Origin: Bacteriovoracaceae bacterium
GTDB lineage: Bacteria; Bdellovibrionota; Bacteriovoracia; Bacteriovoracales; Bacteriovoracaceae
Reading direction: 5' to 3'
Assembly (NCBI GenBank): GCA_947448205.1
Contig: CANFNL010000001.1
Location: 217 to 64,216 of the forward strand
Length of the DNA: 64,000 bases
Part shown: positions 39,853 through 53,267 of the stretch, piece by piece
Layout: the number at the start of each line of letters is the position of its first letter
Numbering within the stretch: position 1 is the first letter of the stretch
Notes under the pieces: generated by a model
The model's input: the letters and a program-made list of their open reading frames with translations, nothing else
Told to the model about the DNA's origin: nothing
The model's database searches: none
Made by a program: the position numbers and the translations under genes

Positions 39853-40968
39853 ATGCTTGTTAAAATAGCTGTCGCAGATTTAAAAGAAACACTTAATAAA
39901 ATATTAAGTGTTGTAGATAAAAAAAATACACGTCTCATTCTAAATTTTATTCAAATACAGGCTTTTGAAAATAAAATTGAAATGTGCGCAACTGATTTAG
40001 AAGTATCTGCTAAAATAACGACATCATGTCTTGTGGAAAAGCCTGGTACTTTTTGTGTAAATGCTAAAAATATATTTGATATTGTAAAAGAATTACCAGA
40101 TAAAGAATTAATAATAGAATTACCTGAAGGTTCAAATAGTTTAAAATTAACATGTGATAATATAAATTTTACATTATTAATTTATACAAGCGAAGACTTT
40201 CCTCATCTTCAATTTGGTTCATCAGTCAACGAATTCAAATTAAATTCAAATCAAATAATCGAAATTATCAACAAGACTTCACATGCCATTTCAAATGATG
40301 AGACACGCTTATTTTTAAATGGCATATACCTGCAAGAAGTTGATGGTAAATTAAGATCAGTATCAACTGATGGTTACAGATTAGCACTTGTTGAAACAGA
40401 ATTAAGTAATAGTAAAATAGAAGCACTTATAAACGGAATCATAATACCAAAAAAAGGTGTAGCTGAATTAAAGAAAATATCAGAGACATACTCTGATAAA
40501 GAAATAAGCATATCAGTTGATGAATCATTTATATATTTAAATGCAGATAATACCTACTTATTAGCGATTCGATTAATAGCTAAAGAATATTTAAAGTATC
40601 AAGCTGTAATTCCTAAAAAAACTTCATTTTTCGCTGATATCGAAAGAAGTGCATTTATGAACGCTGTTAGAAGAATTAAAATAATGGCCAATGAAAGATC
40701 AAATGGGGTGAAACTTATATTAAAAGAAAATGAAATGATAATAGCAGCTAATCACCCATCGCTTGGAGATGCTCAAGAAAGAATTGAAATTCACTACTCG
40801 GGAAAAGAATTTGAAATTGGATTTAATGCAAAATTTTTAATAGATACACTTTCAATATTTGGTGATGAAGAAATACGATTAGAATTCAATAATGAATTAA
40901 GCCCTGTAGCTATTAAATCATCAAAAAATCAAAACTATCTCTGCATTGTAATGCCACTAAAATTATAA
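39853..40968 (+). CDS. dnaN: DNA polymerase III beta sliding clamp
   Basis: ATDLE, STDGYRL, IGFNAKFL, IVMPLKL. Confidence 0.97.
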   Translation: MLVKIAVADLKETLNKILSVVDKKNTRLILNFIQIQAFENKIEMCATDLEVSAKITTSCLVEKPGTFCVNAKNIFDIVKELPDKELIIELPEGSNSLKLTCDNINFTLLIYTSEDFPHLQFGSSVNEFKLNSNQIIEIINKTSHAISNDETRLFLNGIYLQEVDGKLRSVSTDGYRLALVETELSNSKIEALINGIIIPKKGVAELKKISETYSDKEISISVDESFIYLNADNTYLLAIRLIAKEYLKYQAVIPKKTSFFADIERSAFMNAVRRIKIMANERSNGVKLILKENEMIIAANHPSLGDAQERIEIHYSGKEFEIGFNAKFLIDTLSIFGDEEIRLEFNNELSPVAIKSSKNQNYLCIVMPLKL

Positions 40969-40971
40969 TAA

Positions 40972-42069
40972 ATGAGTAATTATAAAATTTCTAAATTACA
41001 GGTAACAAATTTTAGAAATTTAAATCCAGATATAATAACATTTTCAAATGGTATTAATTGCATACTAGGCGAAAATGGAAATGGTAAAACAAATATCCTA
41101 GAAGCTATAAATGTATTAGCGACTAAAAAATCATTCCGTAAAAATACAAGTTTTCCACAATTTTTAAGTATAGATGGTGAAAAACCAGAAATAATATTTT
41201 CATCAGTATTAGAAAATCAATTAAATGAAAAAATAAGTTATTCATCAAAGATGACTTCAGAGAGCATTCTTTGGTTCCTAGATGGAGCACCAATTAAAAA
41301 AAAATTGGACATTAAAGTAGTTTTTATAAACCCATTTGATTCATATGGATTTCATAATAGTGCTAGTGATAGACGAGAGTGGATTGATTATTTTATATGC
41401 CAAATTGATGCTAATTATAAAAAAAGTTTAAGCAAATATACAATTGCATTACGATTTAGAAATACACTTCTATCTAAAAAGCCATCAAAGTTTAAAGAAC
41501 AAATAATTGCTTCGGATGGTGAGTTGGCCATGCTTTCGATGTATTTAACTGCAAGAAGAATAGAATTCTTAAAAGACATAGAAAATTATCTCGCAGATAC
41601 TTTTCAAAAAGTTTTTTCAGAAAAGCATAAACTTGAAATAAAACTAGAATCTAAAATAATTAACGTATCAGCTGTAAATGTTCAAAAAATATTTCTTAAC
41701 AACCTAGAAACAGATTGTGATAGAGGGCATACATCTTATGGACCTCATAAGGATGACTATGTGCTTCTATTTGATGGATTAAATTCTTTTGATTTCTGTT
41801 CTTTAGGACAGCAAAAAATGAGTTATTTAAGCCTGTTATTTGCCTATATAGAGCTTTTTCGGTATAAATATACGTCCTACCCTATTGTGTTGATTGATGA
41901 TGTCTCAGGCGAGTTAGATCAATATCGGTGGCGAAGATTAGTTGAGTATTTAGAAAAACGAGAATTTCAAGTTTTGATAACTACAGCAAACGAAAAATTT
42001 AAGGAAGAATTAGATCGAATCAGCGGTGCCAATAAAATTTATATAAATAAAGGCTCTGTTATTCACTAA
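40972..42069 (+). CDS. recF: DNA replication/repair protein RecF
   Basis: NFRN, GENGNGKTNILEA, GPHKDD, SLGQQK, LIDDVSGELD. Confidence 0.96.
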   Translation: MSNYKISKLQVTNFRNLNPDIITFSNGINCILGENGNGKTNILEAINVLATKKSFRKNTSFPQFLSIDGEKPEIIFSSVLENQLNEKISYSSKMTSESILWFLDGAPIKKKLDIKVVFINPFDSYGFHNSASDRREWIDYFICQIDANYKKSLSKYTIALRFRNTLLSKKPSKFKEQIIASDGELAMLSMYLTARRIEFLKDIENYLADTFQKVFSEKHKLEIKLESKIINVSAVNVQKIFLNNLETDCDRGHTSYGPHKDDYVLLFDGLNSFDFCSLGQQKMSYLSLLFAYIELFRYKYTSYPIVLIDDVSGELDQYRWRRLVEYLEKREFQVLITTANEKFKEELDRISGANKIYINKGSVIH

Positions 42070-42107
42070 AATCTTATCTCTATAAAAAATGGAATTTTGC
42101 AACTTAG

Positions 42108-44600
<2,493 letters not shown>

Positions 44601-44618
44601 TTTTAAGGAAATTGAAAT

Positions 44619-47117
44619 ATGTCAGAAGAAAATAATAAGCCTATTAATCATGGAAATATCACTCCTATAGTGATTCAAGATGAAATGAAGAACTGCTATC
44701 TGGATTATGCAATGTCGGTAATTGTCGGCCGCGCACTTCCAGATGTTCGCGATGGGATGAAACCTGTACATCGCCGCGTTTTATTTGCCATGGATTCTTT
44801 AAACAATTATCACAATAAACCATTTTTGAAATCAGCAAGAGTTGTTGGGGATATTATTGGTAAGTATCATCCACATGGTGATTCAGCAGTGTATGGTGCA
44901 ATTGTTCGTTTAGCTCAAGATTTTTCGATGAGATATCCACTTGTGGATGGTCAAGGAAATTTTGGTTCAATTGACGGAGATAGTGCCGCTGCAATGAGGT
45001 ACACCGAAATCAGAATGAAAAAACTCTCTGAAGAAATGATGGCCGATCTCGACAAAGAAACTGTCGACTGGCAGCCAAACTATGATGATTCTTTAATTGA
45101 GCCAAGTGTTCTTCCAACAAAAATACCAAACCTACTTATAAACGGTTCCTCTGGTATTGCTGTTGGTATGGCAACAAATATTCCACCACATAATTTATCA
45201 GAAATCATGAATGGATTGCTTCTCTTAATTGAAAATCCTGCAGCTTCTATAGATGACTTAATGAAAATAATCCCTGGTCCAGATTTTCCTACTGCGGGGG
45301 CAATTCATGGAACAGAAGGAATTCGCTCAGCTTACCATACTGGAAAAGGTGTTCTCCAAATACGTGCAAAAATGGACGTTGAACACAATGCCAAAAAAGA
45401 TCGTGATTCAATTGTTATTACGGAACTTCCTTACCAAGTTAACAAAGCTAAGTTGATTGAAAGAATCGCAGAACTAGTTAACGAAAAAGAAATTACTGGA
45501 ATTTCAGATCTTCGTGACGAGTCTTCTCGCGAAGGGATTCGTGTAGTTATCGATCTTAAAAAAGGTGAGATCGCAACTGTTATCATGAACAAACTTTTTA
45601 AGTCTACACCACTTCAAACATCATTTGGTATAATTTTCTTATCAATTGTAAATGGTCAGCCAAAAGTTCTAAATATTAGAGATCAACTTCTTTACTTTTT
45701 AGATCATAGAAGAGAAATCGTAATCAGAAGGACTGTTTATGAATTAAAGAAAGCAAAAGAGCGAGCTCATATATTAGAAGGTTTAAAAGTTGCAGTTGAT
45801 AATATTGATGAAATTGTAGAACTTGTTAAAAAAGCTGAAGGGCCTCTTCAAGCAAAAACACAATTAATGAGTAGATACACTCTTTCAGAAATACAAGCTC
45901 AAGCAATTTTAGATATGAGACTACAGCGATTAACAGGTCTTGAGCGAGATAAGATAATTAAAGACTATAATGATATTATGAAAGAAATAGCTCGCCTTGA
46001 ATTAATTCTTGGAAGTGATGAAGAGATCACAGCTATTATCAGAACAGAATGCCAAGAAGTTCTTGAAAATTTTGGTGACAAGCGAAGAACTGAAATTATA
46101 GCCAAAGCTGATGAAATCCATATGGAAGATTTAGTTAAGCAAGAAGATGTTATCGTAACAATCACACATAAAGGTTATGTAAAACGAATGGCGATGGATA
46201 CATATCGTACTCAAAAACGTGGTGGCACTGGTGTTAAGGGTGCTGATGGTGCTGATGATGATTTTTATACATCAATCTTTATAGCCAATACTCACTCTAC
46301 CCTCTTTATCTTTACAAATAAAGGTCAAGTATTTTCCATTAAAGTTTACAATATACCAGAAGGCAATCGTACGACTAAGGGACGAAATATTGTCAATCTT
46401 ATCCAGCTTCCAGCAGGAGAATCTGTTAAAAAAATTATGTGCATGCCAGATTCAATTGAAGGTAAGTTCCTAATGATTGCAACTGAAAAAGGTATTGTGA
46501 AAAAATCAGAACTTTCAGAATATAAAAATATTCGTCAATCAGGATTAACTGCAATAAAAATTATAGATGGTGATGAACTGTTATCTGTAAGAATTACCGA
46601 TGGTACTAAAGACGTTCTTTTATGCTCTTCTTCTGGAAAAATAATTAGATTTGCTGAAACAGACTGTCGACCACTTGGTCGAGTCTCTCAGGGAGTAAAA
46701 GGGATAGAACTTTCTGACGATGAAAAAATCATTGGAATGGAAATTATCGATGATTCCGTAGAAATTTTATCTGTTACAGCAAATGGCTACGGAAAACGCA
46801 CAAGTGCCTCTGAATATCGCAAGCAATCTCGCGGAGGTAAAGGAATACTAGCGATGAGATTAACTGAGAAAAATGGTGATATCATTGATATCAAACCTGT
46901 GACCGATAAAGATGATTTGATGATAATCTCAGATAAGGGACAAGTTATCAGAACAAAAATTTCTGGAATTTCATTGATGGGAAGAACCACTCAAGGTGTA
47001 AGATTGATAAAGCTAAAAGAAGCTGAATCAGTTGTAGCAGTGGAGAAAATTATAGATCCAGATGAAGAGCTTGAGGCATCAATAGTAGATGTTAATGAAA
47101 CACCAAAATCAGAATAA
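44619..47117 (+). CDS. gyrA: DNA gyrase subunit A
   Basis: [16 protein letters not shown], GyrA-box QKRGGTG. Confidence 0.99.
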   Translation: MSEENNKPINHGNITPIVIQDEMKNCYLDYAMSVIVGRALPDVRDGMKPVHRRVLFAMDSLNNYHNKPFLKSARVVGDIIGKYHPHGDSAVYGAIVRLAQDFSMRYPLVDGQGNFGSIDGDSAAAMRYTEIRMKKLSEEMMADLDKETVDWQPNYDDSLIEPSVLPTKIPNLLINGSSGIAVGMATNIPPHNLSEIMNGLLLLIENPAASIDDLMKIIPGPDFPTAGAIHGTEGIRSAYHTGKGVLQIRAKMDVEHNAKKDRDSIVITELPYQVNKAKLIERIAELVNEKEITGISDLRDESSREGIRVVIDLKKGEIATVIMNKLFKSTPLQTSFGIIFLSIVNGQPKVLNIRDQLLYFLDHRREIVIRRTVYELKKAKERAHILEGLKVAVDNIDEIVELVKKAEGPLQAKTQLMSRYTLSEIQAQAILDMRLQRLTGLERDKIIKDYNDIMKEIARLELILGSDEEITAIIRTECQEVLENFGDKRRTEIIAKADEIHMEDLVKQEDVIVTITHKGYVKRMAMDTYRTQKRGGTGVKGADGADDDFYTSIFIANTHSTLFIFTNKGQVFSIKVYNIPEGNRTTKGRNIVNLIQLPAGESVKKIMCMPDSIEGKFLMIATEKGIVKKSELSEYKNIRQSGLTAIKIIDGDELLSVRITDGTKDVLLCSSSGKIIRFAETDCRPLGRVSQGVKGIELSDDEKIIGMEIIDDSVEILSVTANGYGKRTSASEYRKQSRGGKGILAMRLTEKNGDIIDIKPVTDKDDLMIISDKGQVIRTKISGISLMGRTTQGVRLIKLKEAESVVAVEKIIDPDEELEASIVDVNETPKSE

Positions 47118-47127
47118 TAATTTAATA

Positions 47128-47910
47128 ATGAAAGCAGTCATTTTTAGTACTGCTTTCATTTTATTTAATGCCTGTGACTTTACTCCTCCGATTAATAGAA
47201 AAATTATTGATGCCCAAAATTATATTACCGAACAGAAGTATAATAAGGCTGCTTTTTTATATGAAGATATTTTAAAAAGTAATCCTGGTCCTGAGTTAAG
47301 ACTAAAGATGTGTTATCAATTGGGTGAACTTTATGCAATTTACTTAGGTGAATATAACAAGGCAGTTTATTACTACAATGAAGTAAAAGACTTAACTGAA
47401 GATCCACTTTGGTTGATAAAGATCGAAGAAAAATTAGCAGACATAAATTTTAATTACATAAAAAATTACAAGGACGCAATAAAAAATTACTCTCACCTCT
47501 CTGAATTTACTCCAAAACTAAAAAAATATGATTTTTTTCAATTACAAATTGCACTCTCTTATTACTATTTAAACGAAAGTGAAAATGCAATTACCCAATT
47601 GACTAAGATACAATCAAATCCAAACCATGAATATTTTATAAGATCATTTTATTATTTAGGATTAATTTATTTTGAAAAAAAAGATTATAACAAGTCTCTT
47701 TTTGTATGGTCTGAATATTTAAAAAGAGAAACTAAAAAAGAGTATATAGTCCAAGCAAAATTTTTAGTAGCTAATATATATGAATCTACTGAAAATTTAA
47801 AAATGGCTTATGATATCTATTACTCAATAGCTAATGATTACCCAAACTCAGACGTTATACAAAATCGACTCAGTTCACTTTATGAGAGAAGAGTCTCGAG
47901 AAGGAGATAA
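47128..47910 (+). CDS. TPR-repeat lipoprotein
   Basis: MKAVIFSTAFILFNAC lipobox-like start; repeated YYLG/A..Y TPR patterns. Confidence 0.8.
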   Translation: MKAVIFSTAFILFNACDFTPPINRKIIDAQNYITEQKYNKAAFLYEDILKSNPGPELRLKMCYQLGELYAIYLGEYNKAVYYYNEVKDLTEDPLWLIKIEEKLADINFNYIKNYKDAIKNYSHLSEFTPKLKKYDFFQLQIALSYYYLNESENAITQLTKIQSNPNHEYFIRSFYYLGLIYFEKKDYNKSLFVWSEYLKRETKKEYIVQAKFLVANIYESTENLKMAYDIYYSIANDYPNSDVIQNRLSSLYERRVSRRR

Positions 47911-47913
47911 TCT

Positions 47914-48111
47914 CTGAAAAATGGAAAATGGCTCCAAATAATGGCTTTGGCCATGAGCTTACCTACAACTATACTTACTGTTGTTTGGGGGGCTATGCAA
48001 TTAGAGCAAAAGCATATATTAAATCAATCTGAAGCCTATTTTTTAATCCTTGGCGTAATTTGCGGGATGCTTATATTGATGGTGTATTATGCATACAGAC
48101 GCAAAAATTAA
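47914..48111 (+). CDS. AtpZ/AtpI-like small membrane protein (not in the ORF track; CTG start, or ATG 47941)
   Basis: (M)KNGKWLQIMALAMSLPTTILTVVWGAMQLEQKHILNQSEAYFLILGVICGMLILMVYYAYRRKN*; two TM helices; AGGAG 7 nt before the CTG; first gene before atpI-atpB. Confidence 0.75.
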   Translation: MKNGKWLQIMALAMSLPTTILTVVWGAMQLEQKHILNQSEAYFLILGVICGMLILMVYYAYRRKN

Positions 48112-48451
48112 TTTCAAAAAATATTTAATACTTTCAATAGGACTTTTAAGTATATCTATGTCCCTAATGAGGACGAGATCTGAACTCTATGGTTCAGTTG
48201 GAATCTTTATTGCTGCATGTCTAAATCAAGTAATGTTAGTTGCAGCTGTTAGAAGTGCCAGTAAAACGGCAATAACGGGTGAGCAAACAAATAAATTTAA
48301 AATGCTTTTTTTAATTTTAGGAAAGATGTTATTGCTCTTGGGAGCACTAAGTTTTGGTGTACAAATAATGGGAGATAGGGTACTTATTCCTTTATTAATT
48401 TATGTATTACAAATAGCAGTCCTCTACTTAAGTTTTAATAAAAGCAGGTAG
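48089..48451 (+). CDS. ATP synthase protein I-like membrane protein
   Basis: Four hydrophobic segments, 120 aa, directly upstream of atpB. Confidence 0.75.
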   Translation: MHTDAKINFKKYLILSIGLLSISMSLMRTRSELYGSVGIFIAACLNQVMLVAAVRSASKTAITGEQTNKFKMLFLILGKMLLLLGALSFGVQIMGDRVLIPLLIYVLQIAVLYLSFNKSR

Positions 48452-48467
48452 AAAAAAGGATTATCAA

Positions 48468-49277
48468 ATGAAAAAATTATTAGCTCTAGGTTTATTAAGT
48501 TCAATAAGTACAACTGTATCGGCAAATGAAGGTTTTACTTGGCTTTCACAGGCTGCAGAATTGACTGGAATTAAGGATGCATTTAATCACCAAGGAATAG
48601 AGCATTTTGAACATGTTTTAACATTTTCATTAGTGGGAATAATTTTAATTATTGCTGCATTAATTTATCTAGCTAAAACATCTAATAAAGAAGCTGCAGC
48701 AGTCCCAGAAAGAGGAATTACATTTAAAAATATTACTGAATTGTATGGCTCATTTATAATGATTCAGTGTAAAGCCGTACTTGGAGAAAAGAGTGCTCCA
48801 AAGTATTTTCCATTTGTTGCAACAATTTTCATCCTCATTTTTCTTTCAAACGCCATTGGTTTAATTCCAGGTTTTTTACCTCCGACTGAATCAGTAAATA
48901 CAACTCTCGCTTTAGGTTTTTTCTCATTTCTTTATTTTAATATTAAGGGATGTAAAGAAAATGGAGTCATCAATTACTTAAAACACTTCGCTGGCCCACT
49001 TTGGTATATGGCAATCTTGATTTTCCCAATTGAGATTATTTCAACTTGTATTCGTCCAATTTCATTAACCCTTCGTCTATATGGAAATATGTATGGTGAC
49101 CATATGGTATTGGGTATTTTTTCTGAATTAGTACCACTGGGAGTTCCAGTCATATTTATGCTACTTGGATTAATGGTTTCTTTTATTCAGGCTTATGTAT
49201 TTATTATGCTTTCAATGGTCTACGTTAGTTTAGCTACTGCTCATCACGATCATGATGAACATCACGCTCACCACTAA
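48468..49277 (+). CDS. atpB: ATP synthase Fo subunit a
   Basis: NAIGLIPG, RPISLTLRLYGNM, IQAYVF. Confidence 0.97.
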   Translation: MKKLLALGLLSSISTTVSANEGFTWLSQAAELTGIKDAFNHQGIEHFEHVLTFSLVGIILIIAALIYLAKTSNKEAAAVPERGITFKNITELYGSFIMIQCKAVLGEKSAPKYFPFVATIFILIFLSNAIGLIPGFLPPTESVNTTLALGFFSFLYFNIKGCKENGVINYLKHFAGPLWYMAILIFPIEIISTCIRPISLTLRLYGNMYGDHMVLGIFSELVPLGVPVIFMLLGLMVSFIQAYVFIMLSMVYVSLATAHHDHDEHHAHH

Positions 49278-49312
49278 TAAAACCAAATTATAACTTTTTT
49301 TAGGAGACTAAA

Positions 49313-49639
49313 ATGTCAAAAAAAATGATGGCTTTAATTTCAACTCTTGCTTTTCTTGCTTTAACTGGTGCAGCTTTTGCTCAAGATGCTGCTCACGCTG
49401 CATCTGCTGGTGGATGGTTAGGTTCAGATACTTCAACTAAGTATTTTGCTTACTTTCTTGCTTTAGGTCTTGCTGTTTACGGCGGAACTACTGGTCAATC
49501 AAAAGCTGCTGCTGTAGCTCTTGAAGGAATCGCTAGAAATCCAGCTGCAGCTGATAAAATTCAAACACCAATGATTATTGCTCTAGCTCTTATGGAGTCT
49601 TTAGTAATTTTCGCGCTTATCTCTTCTAAACTTGTTTAA
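49313..49639 (+). CDS. atpE: ATP synthase Fo subunit c
   Basis: GIARNP loop, ALMESL conserved carboxylate. Confidence 0.96.
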   Translation: MSKKMMALISTLAFLALTGAAFAQDAAHAASAGGWLGSDTSTKYFAYFLALGLAVYGGTTGQSKAAAVALEGIARNPAAADKIQTPMIIALALMESLVIFALISSKLV

Positions 49640-49660
49640 TAGTAAAAGAAAATGATAAAT

Positions 49661-49691
49661 AAAAAAGGGAGCAGATGAGCTCCCTTTTTTT
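49661..49691. terminator. bidirectional intrinsic terminator between atpE and trmH
   Basis: AAAAAAGGGAGC-AGATGA-GCTCCCTTTTTTT. Confidence 0.9.
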
Positions 49692-49701
49692 GGTTAAAAA
49701 T

Positions 49702-50454
49702 TTATAAACTCATTTGATAAAGAAAAATAGAAGCTGCATTAGCTGCATTTAAATGCGCAACTTGTGGATCAATTTTTATTCGAAGGACTACATCAGATAA
49801 ATCTAGGATGTCATGATCAACCCCATGCCCTTCACTCCCAATAATCAAAACGTATTTTTTAGGGAATTTAAACTTAGTTATTTCAATAGATTTATCAATA
49901 TTAGCTGTTGATATGATCTGATAGCCAAGTGCTTTAAGTTTGCTAAGATCATCACGAATGCAAATAGAGTGATACGTCTTCATCGAAAAAATATTACCCA
50001 TTGAAACGCGAATACATCTTCTCAGAAATGGCGAACACGTTTTCTCATCGGTAATAATTGAATTAATTTTGAAAGCAGCAGAAGAGCGAATAATACTTCC
50101 AACATTTTCAGGTGAACTTAATCCATTAAGTAATATGATTTGATCATCAAGAAGGGATAGTTCAAAATCTTGAGGCTTCTTGGCAAGAAAAATAATTTCA
50201 AAGAAAATTTTAAAACCAGCGATTTTCTCCAAAATATCCTTAGAGGCAATAAAGTGATTGTCACCATTAAGATTATATCTTTTAGCAAATTCTAGAGTTG
50301 ATAAAGTTTTAATCAGTGGCTTATTATTCGCCTTAAATTGTAAAAATAATTTTTCAGATTCAGCTAATATAAAGCCTTGATCATTAAGAGTATGGTCTCG
50401 AAGTTTAGTAAATTCTAAAATACGAGGATCTAAATGATCTTTAATTTCTATCAT
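49702..50454 (-). CDS. TrmH/SpoU family RNA methyltransferase
   Basis: PENVGSIIRS, RVSMG, IGSEGHGV, LNAANAASI. Confidence 0.92.
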   Translation of the reverse strand: MIEIKDHLDPRILEFTKLRDHTLNDQGFILAESEKLFLQFKANNKPLIKTLSTLEFAKRYNLNGDNHFIASKDILEKIAGFKIFFEIIFLAKKPQDFELSLLDDQIILLNGLSSPENVGSIIRSSAAFKINSIITDEKTCSPFLRRCIRVSMGNIFSMKTYHSICIRDDLSKLKALGYQIISTANIDKSIEITKFKFPKKYVLIIGSEGHGVDHDILDLSDVVLRIKIDPQVAHLNAANAASIFLYQMSL

Positions 50455-53267
50455 GCATTTAAAACTTTTTTTAGGTATTTTCCAGTGTGAGATTTACCTA
50501 TTTTTGAAACTTGCTCAGGAGTTCCTTCTGCAACTATTTCTCCCCCACCAGTACCACCTTCAGGTCCTAAATCAATAACCCAATCAGCTGTTTTAATAAC
50601 ATCTAAATTGTGCTCAATAATTAAAAGCGTGTGCCCTTGATCAACAAGTTGAGAAAGAGCTGAAAGAAGTATTTTTATATCTTGAAAGTGAAGTCCTGTT
50701 GTTGGTTCATCTAAAACGTAAAGGCAATGTCCTTTAGTGCGTTTTGAAAGTTCTCTAGAGAGCTTTAAGCGTTGAGCTTCTCCACCAGATAAAGTAGTAG
50801 CTGGTTGCCCTAATTTCATGTAACCAAGTCCTACAGAACAAAGGGTTTGTAGGACACGAGAAATTTTAGTGTGGTTTTTAAAAAACTCAACACCTTCCTC
50901 TATAGACATTTGTAAAACTTCAGAAATATTTTTACTTTTGTAGAGAACTGATAATGTTTCAGCATTATAACGAGAACCCTTGCACTCAGTACAGGTAATA
51001 TAAACATCTGGCAAGAAATGCATTTCAATCTTCTTTACACCATTACCTTCACACTCTTCACAACGTCCACCTTTTACATTGAAACTAAATCTTCCAGTTT
51101 TATACCCACGAATTTGAGATTCATTAGTAGAAGCGTAGATGTCTCTGATTTCATCAAATAAGCCAGTATAGGTGGCAGGGTTAGAATGAGGCGTTCTGCC
51201 AATAGGAGATTGATCCAATTCAATAATAGTTTTAATTACATCAACACCAGTTAGAGAATTGTAATTAGCTTTTTGATAAAGTGTTTTATGTATATTTGTT
51301 AAATTGGTTTTAACAGCTGGAACTAGAATTTTGTGAATTAGAGTAGATTTACCTGAACCACTTACACCTGAAACACATACTAAGCCTCCAAGAGGAATGG
51401 TGACATTAAGATTTTTAATATTGTGTTCGTTGGCGCCAGTGAGTTTTAAAAACTTACTTGCTTTTCTTCGATTCGAAGGTGTTTCAATTTTGTTTTCACC
51501 CGAAAGATATTTGGCAGTTAAAGACTTTTTATCCTTAAGTATTTCGACAAGAGTGCCATGGGAGACAACTTTGCCTCCATGAATACCTGCACCAGGGCCC
51601 ATGTCGATAATATAATCTGATGCTCTCATTGTATCTTCATCATGTTCAACAACTAGTACAGTATTACCAATGTCTCTTAATGACTTGAGTGTCTTAATTA
51701 AGCGATCATTGTCTCGTTGGTGAAGACCAATACTTGGCTCATCTAATACATAAAGGACTCCAGAGAGCGCAGAGCCGATTTGTGTAGCAAGGCGAATTCG
51801 TTGAGATTCACCGCCGGATAAAGTTACTGCACCTCTATTAAGAGTTAAATAATTTAATCCGACATCTAGAAGAAAACGAAGCCTAGAAATAATTTCTTTT
51901 AAAAGCTTATCTGCGATAACCTTTTTTTCACCTTCAAGTTTAATATTTGAAAGATAATCAAAACTCTCAGCGATTGAGAGTGTACAAAGATCCATAATAT
52001 TTTTTTGTCCAATTTTTGTTGAAAGTGCAACCTTGTTAAGTCTTAATCCTCTACAAGATGGGCAAGTTTTTATATTCATTAATTTTTCTAATTCAATCCG
52101 AACTTTGTCAGATCCAGATTCTAAAAACTTTTTTTCAAGCCAAGCTGATAAACCAGGAAATGCTTTAGAGAATTCAAAATGAGAATTTTCCGATGTAAAA
52201 GAGTATCGATAAATTTTATCAGAGCCGTTAAATAAGATATTGGTCATTTTTTTAGGAAGTTTTTTAAATGGAACAGTGATATCGATACCTTCTTCGTTGG
52301 CGATCGTTTCAACCATTTTATAGAGAAAAGAATTTCGCTTTGATAATGGAGTAATGGCCCCTTCAAGAAGTGGTAAATTTTCATCGAAAATCATAAGGTC
52401 GATGTCAAAAGTTTTTGTTTCTCCTAAACCATTGCAATATTCACAGGCACCTATAGGTGAATTAAAAGAAAAAAGGCGTGGTTCAAGTTCTGGATAAACA
52501 ATTTCACCGCTTGAAGATTTGTTATGCTCTGAAAAAGAAAGCTCTTTGTTATCATTAACCAAAATGGTAACATTGCCATCACCTAATTTAAGGGCATATT
52601 CAATTGAATCAGCAAGTCGCTTTTCAATATCATCTTTGATTACGATACGATCTATGACAATATCAAATGAGTATTTGCCCTTAGGTGCTTTAGTAGTTTC
52701 GTCAATTTGAAGAAGCTCACCATTTAGTCTTGCTCGTGAAAATCCCATAGTGAGAAATTTAGAAATTAAATCTTTGAATTTAATTTTATCTGTTGAAGCA
52801 ATGGGAGCTAATATTTGAAGTTTGGTTTTATCGCCAAGCTTTAGAAGTTCTCGGGTAATTTGTGTGGGGGTGTATTTGCGTACTTCAATACCAGTTTGAG
52901 GATCATAAAGTGTTCCAATTCGCGCATAGAGCACTCGTAAATAATCATAAATTTCAGTTGTAGTTCCAACAGTAGAACGGGGATTTTTATTAGAAGTTTT
53001 CTGATCAATGGCAATAGATGGTGACAATCCGGTTATTGATTCAACTTCTGGAGGCTGATATTGACCAAGAAATTGTCTTGCGTAACTTGAGAGTGATTCT
53101 ATGTAACGTCTTTGACCTTCAACGTAAATGGTATCAAAAGCTAGTGAAGATTTTCCCGAGCCAGAAGGACCAGTAATTACAGTTAAGGTATTTTTTGGAA
53201 TACTTAAAGTTACATTTTGAAGATTATGAACTGCTGCTTTAACAATTTGAATTTCATTTATGGACAC
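50451..53267 (-). CDS. uvrA: excinuclease ABC subunit A
   Basis: Two ABC domains (GPSGSGKSS, GVSGSGKST, LSGGE twice) and zinc fingers. Confidence 0.99.
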   Translation of the reverse strand: MSINEIQIVKAAVHNLQNVTLSIPKNTLTVITGPSGSGKSSLAFDTIYVEGQRRYIESLSSYARQFLGQYQPPEVESITGLSPSIAIDQKTSNKNPRSTVGTTTEIYDYLRVLYARIGTLYDPQTGIEVRKYTPTQITRELLKLGDKTKLQILAPIASTDKIKFKDLISKFLTMGFSRARLNGELLQIDETTKAPKGKYSFDIVIDRIVIKDDIEKRLADSIEYALKLGDGNVTILVNDNKELSFSEHNKSSSGEIVYPELEPRLFSFNSPIGACEYCNGLGETKTFDIDLMIFDENLPLLEGAITPLSKRNSFLYKMVETIANEEGIDITVPFKKLPKKMTNILFNGSDKIYRYSFTSENSHFEFSKAFPGLSAWLEKKFLESGSDKVRIELEKLMNIKTCPSCRGLRLNKVALSTKIGQKNIMDLCTLSIAESFDYLSNIKLEGEKKVIADKLLKEIISRLRFLLDVGLNYLTLNRGAVTLSGGESQRIRLATQIGSALSGVLYVLDEPSIGLHQRDNDRLIKTLKSLRDIGNTVLVVEHDEDTMRASDYIIDMGPGAGIHGGKVVSHGTLVEILKDKKSLTAKYLSGENKIETPSNRRKASKFLKLTGANEHNIKNLNVTIPLGGLVCVSGVSGSGKSTLIHKILVPAVKTNLTNIHKTLYQKANYNSLTGVDVIKTIIELDQSPIGRTPHSNPATYTGLFDEIRDIYASTNESQIRGYKTGRFSFNVKGGRCEECEGNGVKKIEMHFLPDVYITCTECKGSRYNAETLSVLYKSKNISEVLQMSIEEGVEFFKNHTKISRVLQTLCSVGLGYMKLGQPATTLSGGEAQRLKLSRELSKRTKGHCLYVLDEPTTGLHFQDIKILLSALSQLVDQGHTLLIIEHNLDVIKTADWVIDLGPEGGTGGGEIVAEGTPEQVSKIGKSHTGKYLKKVLNA

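Noticed and set aside
52448-52459. CACCTATAGGTG palindrome in uvrA as another copy of the motif
   Set aside because: Shares only the CCTATAGG core, lacks the TGG/CCA arms, and encodes the conserved FNSPIGAC segment.
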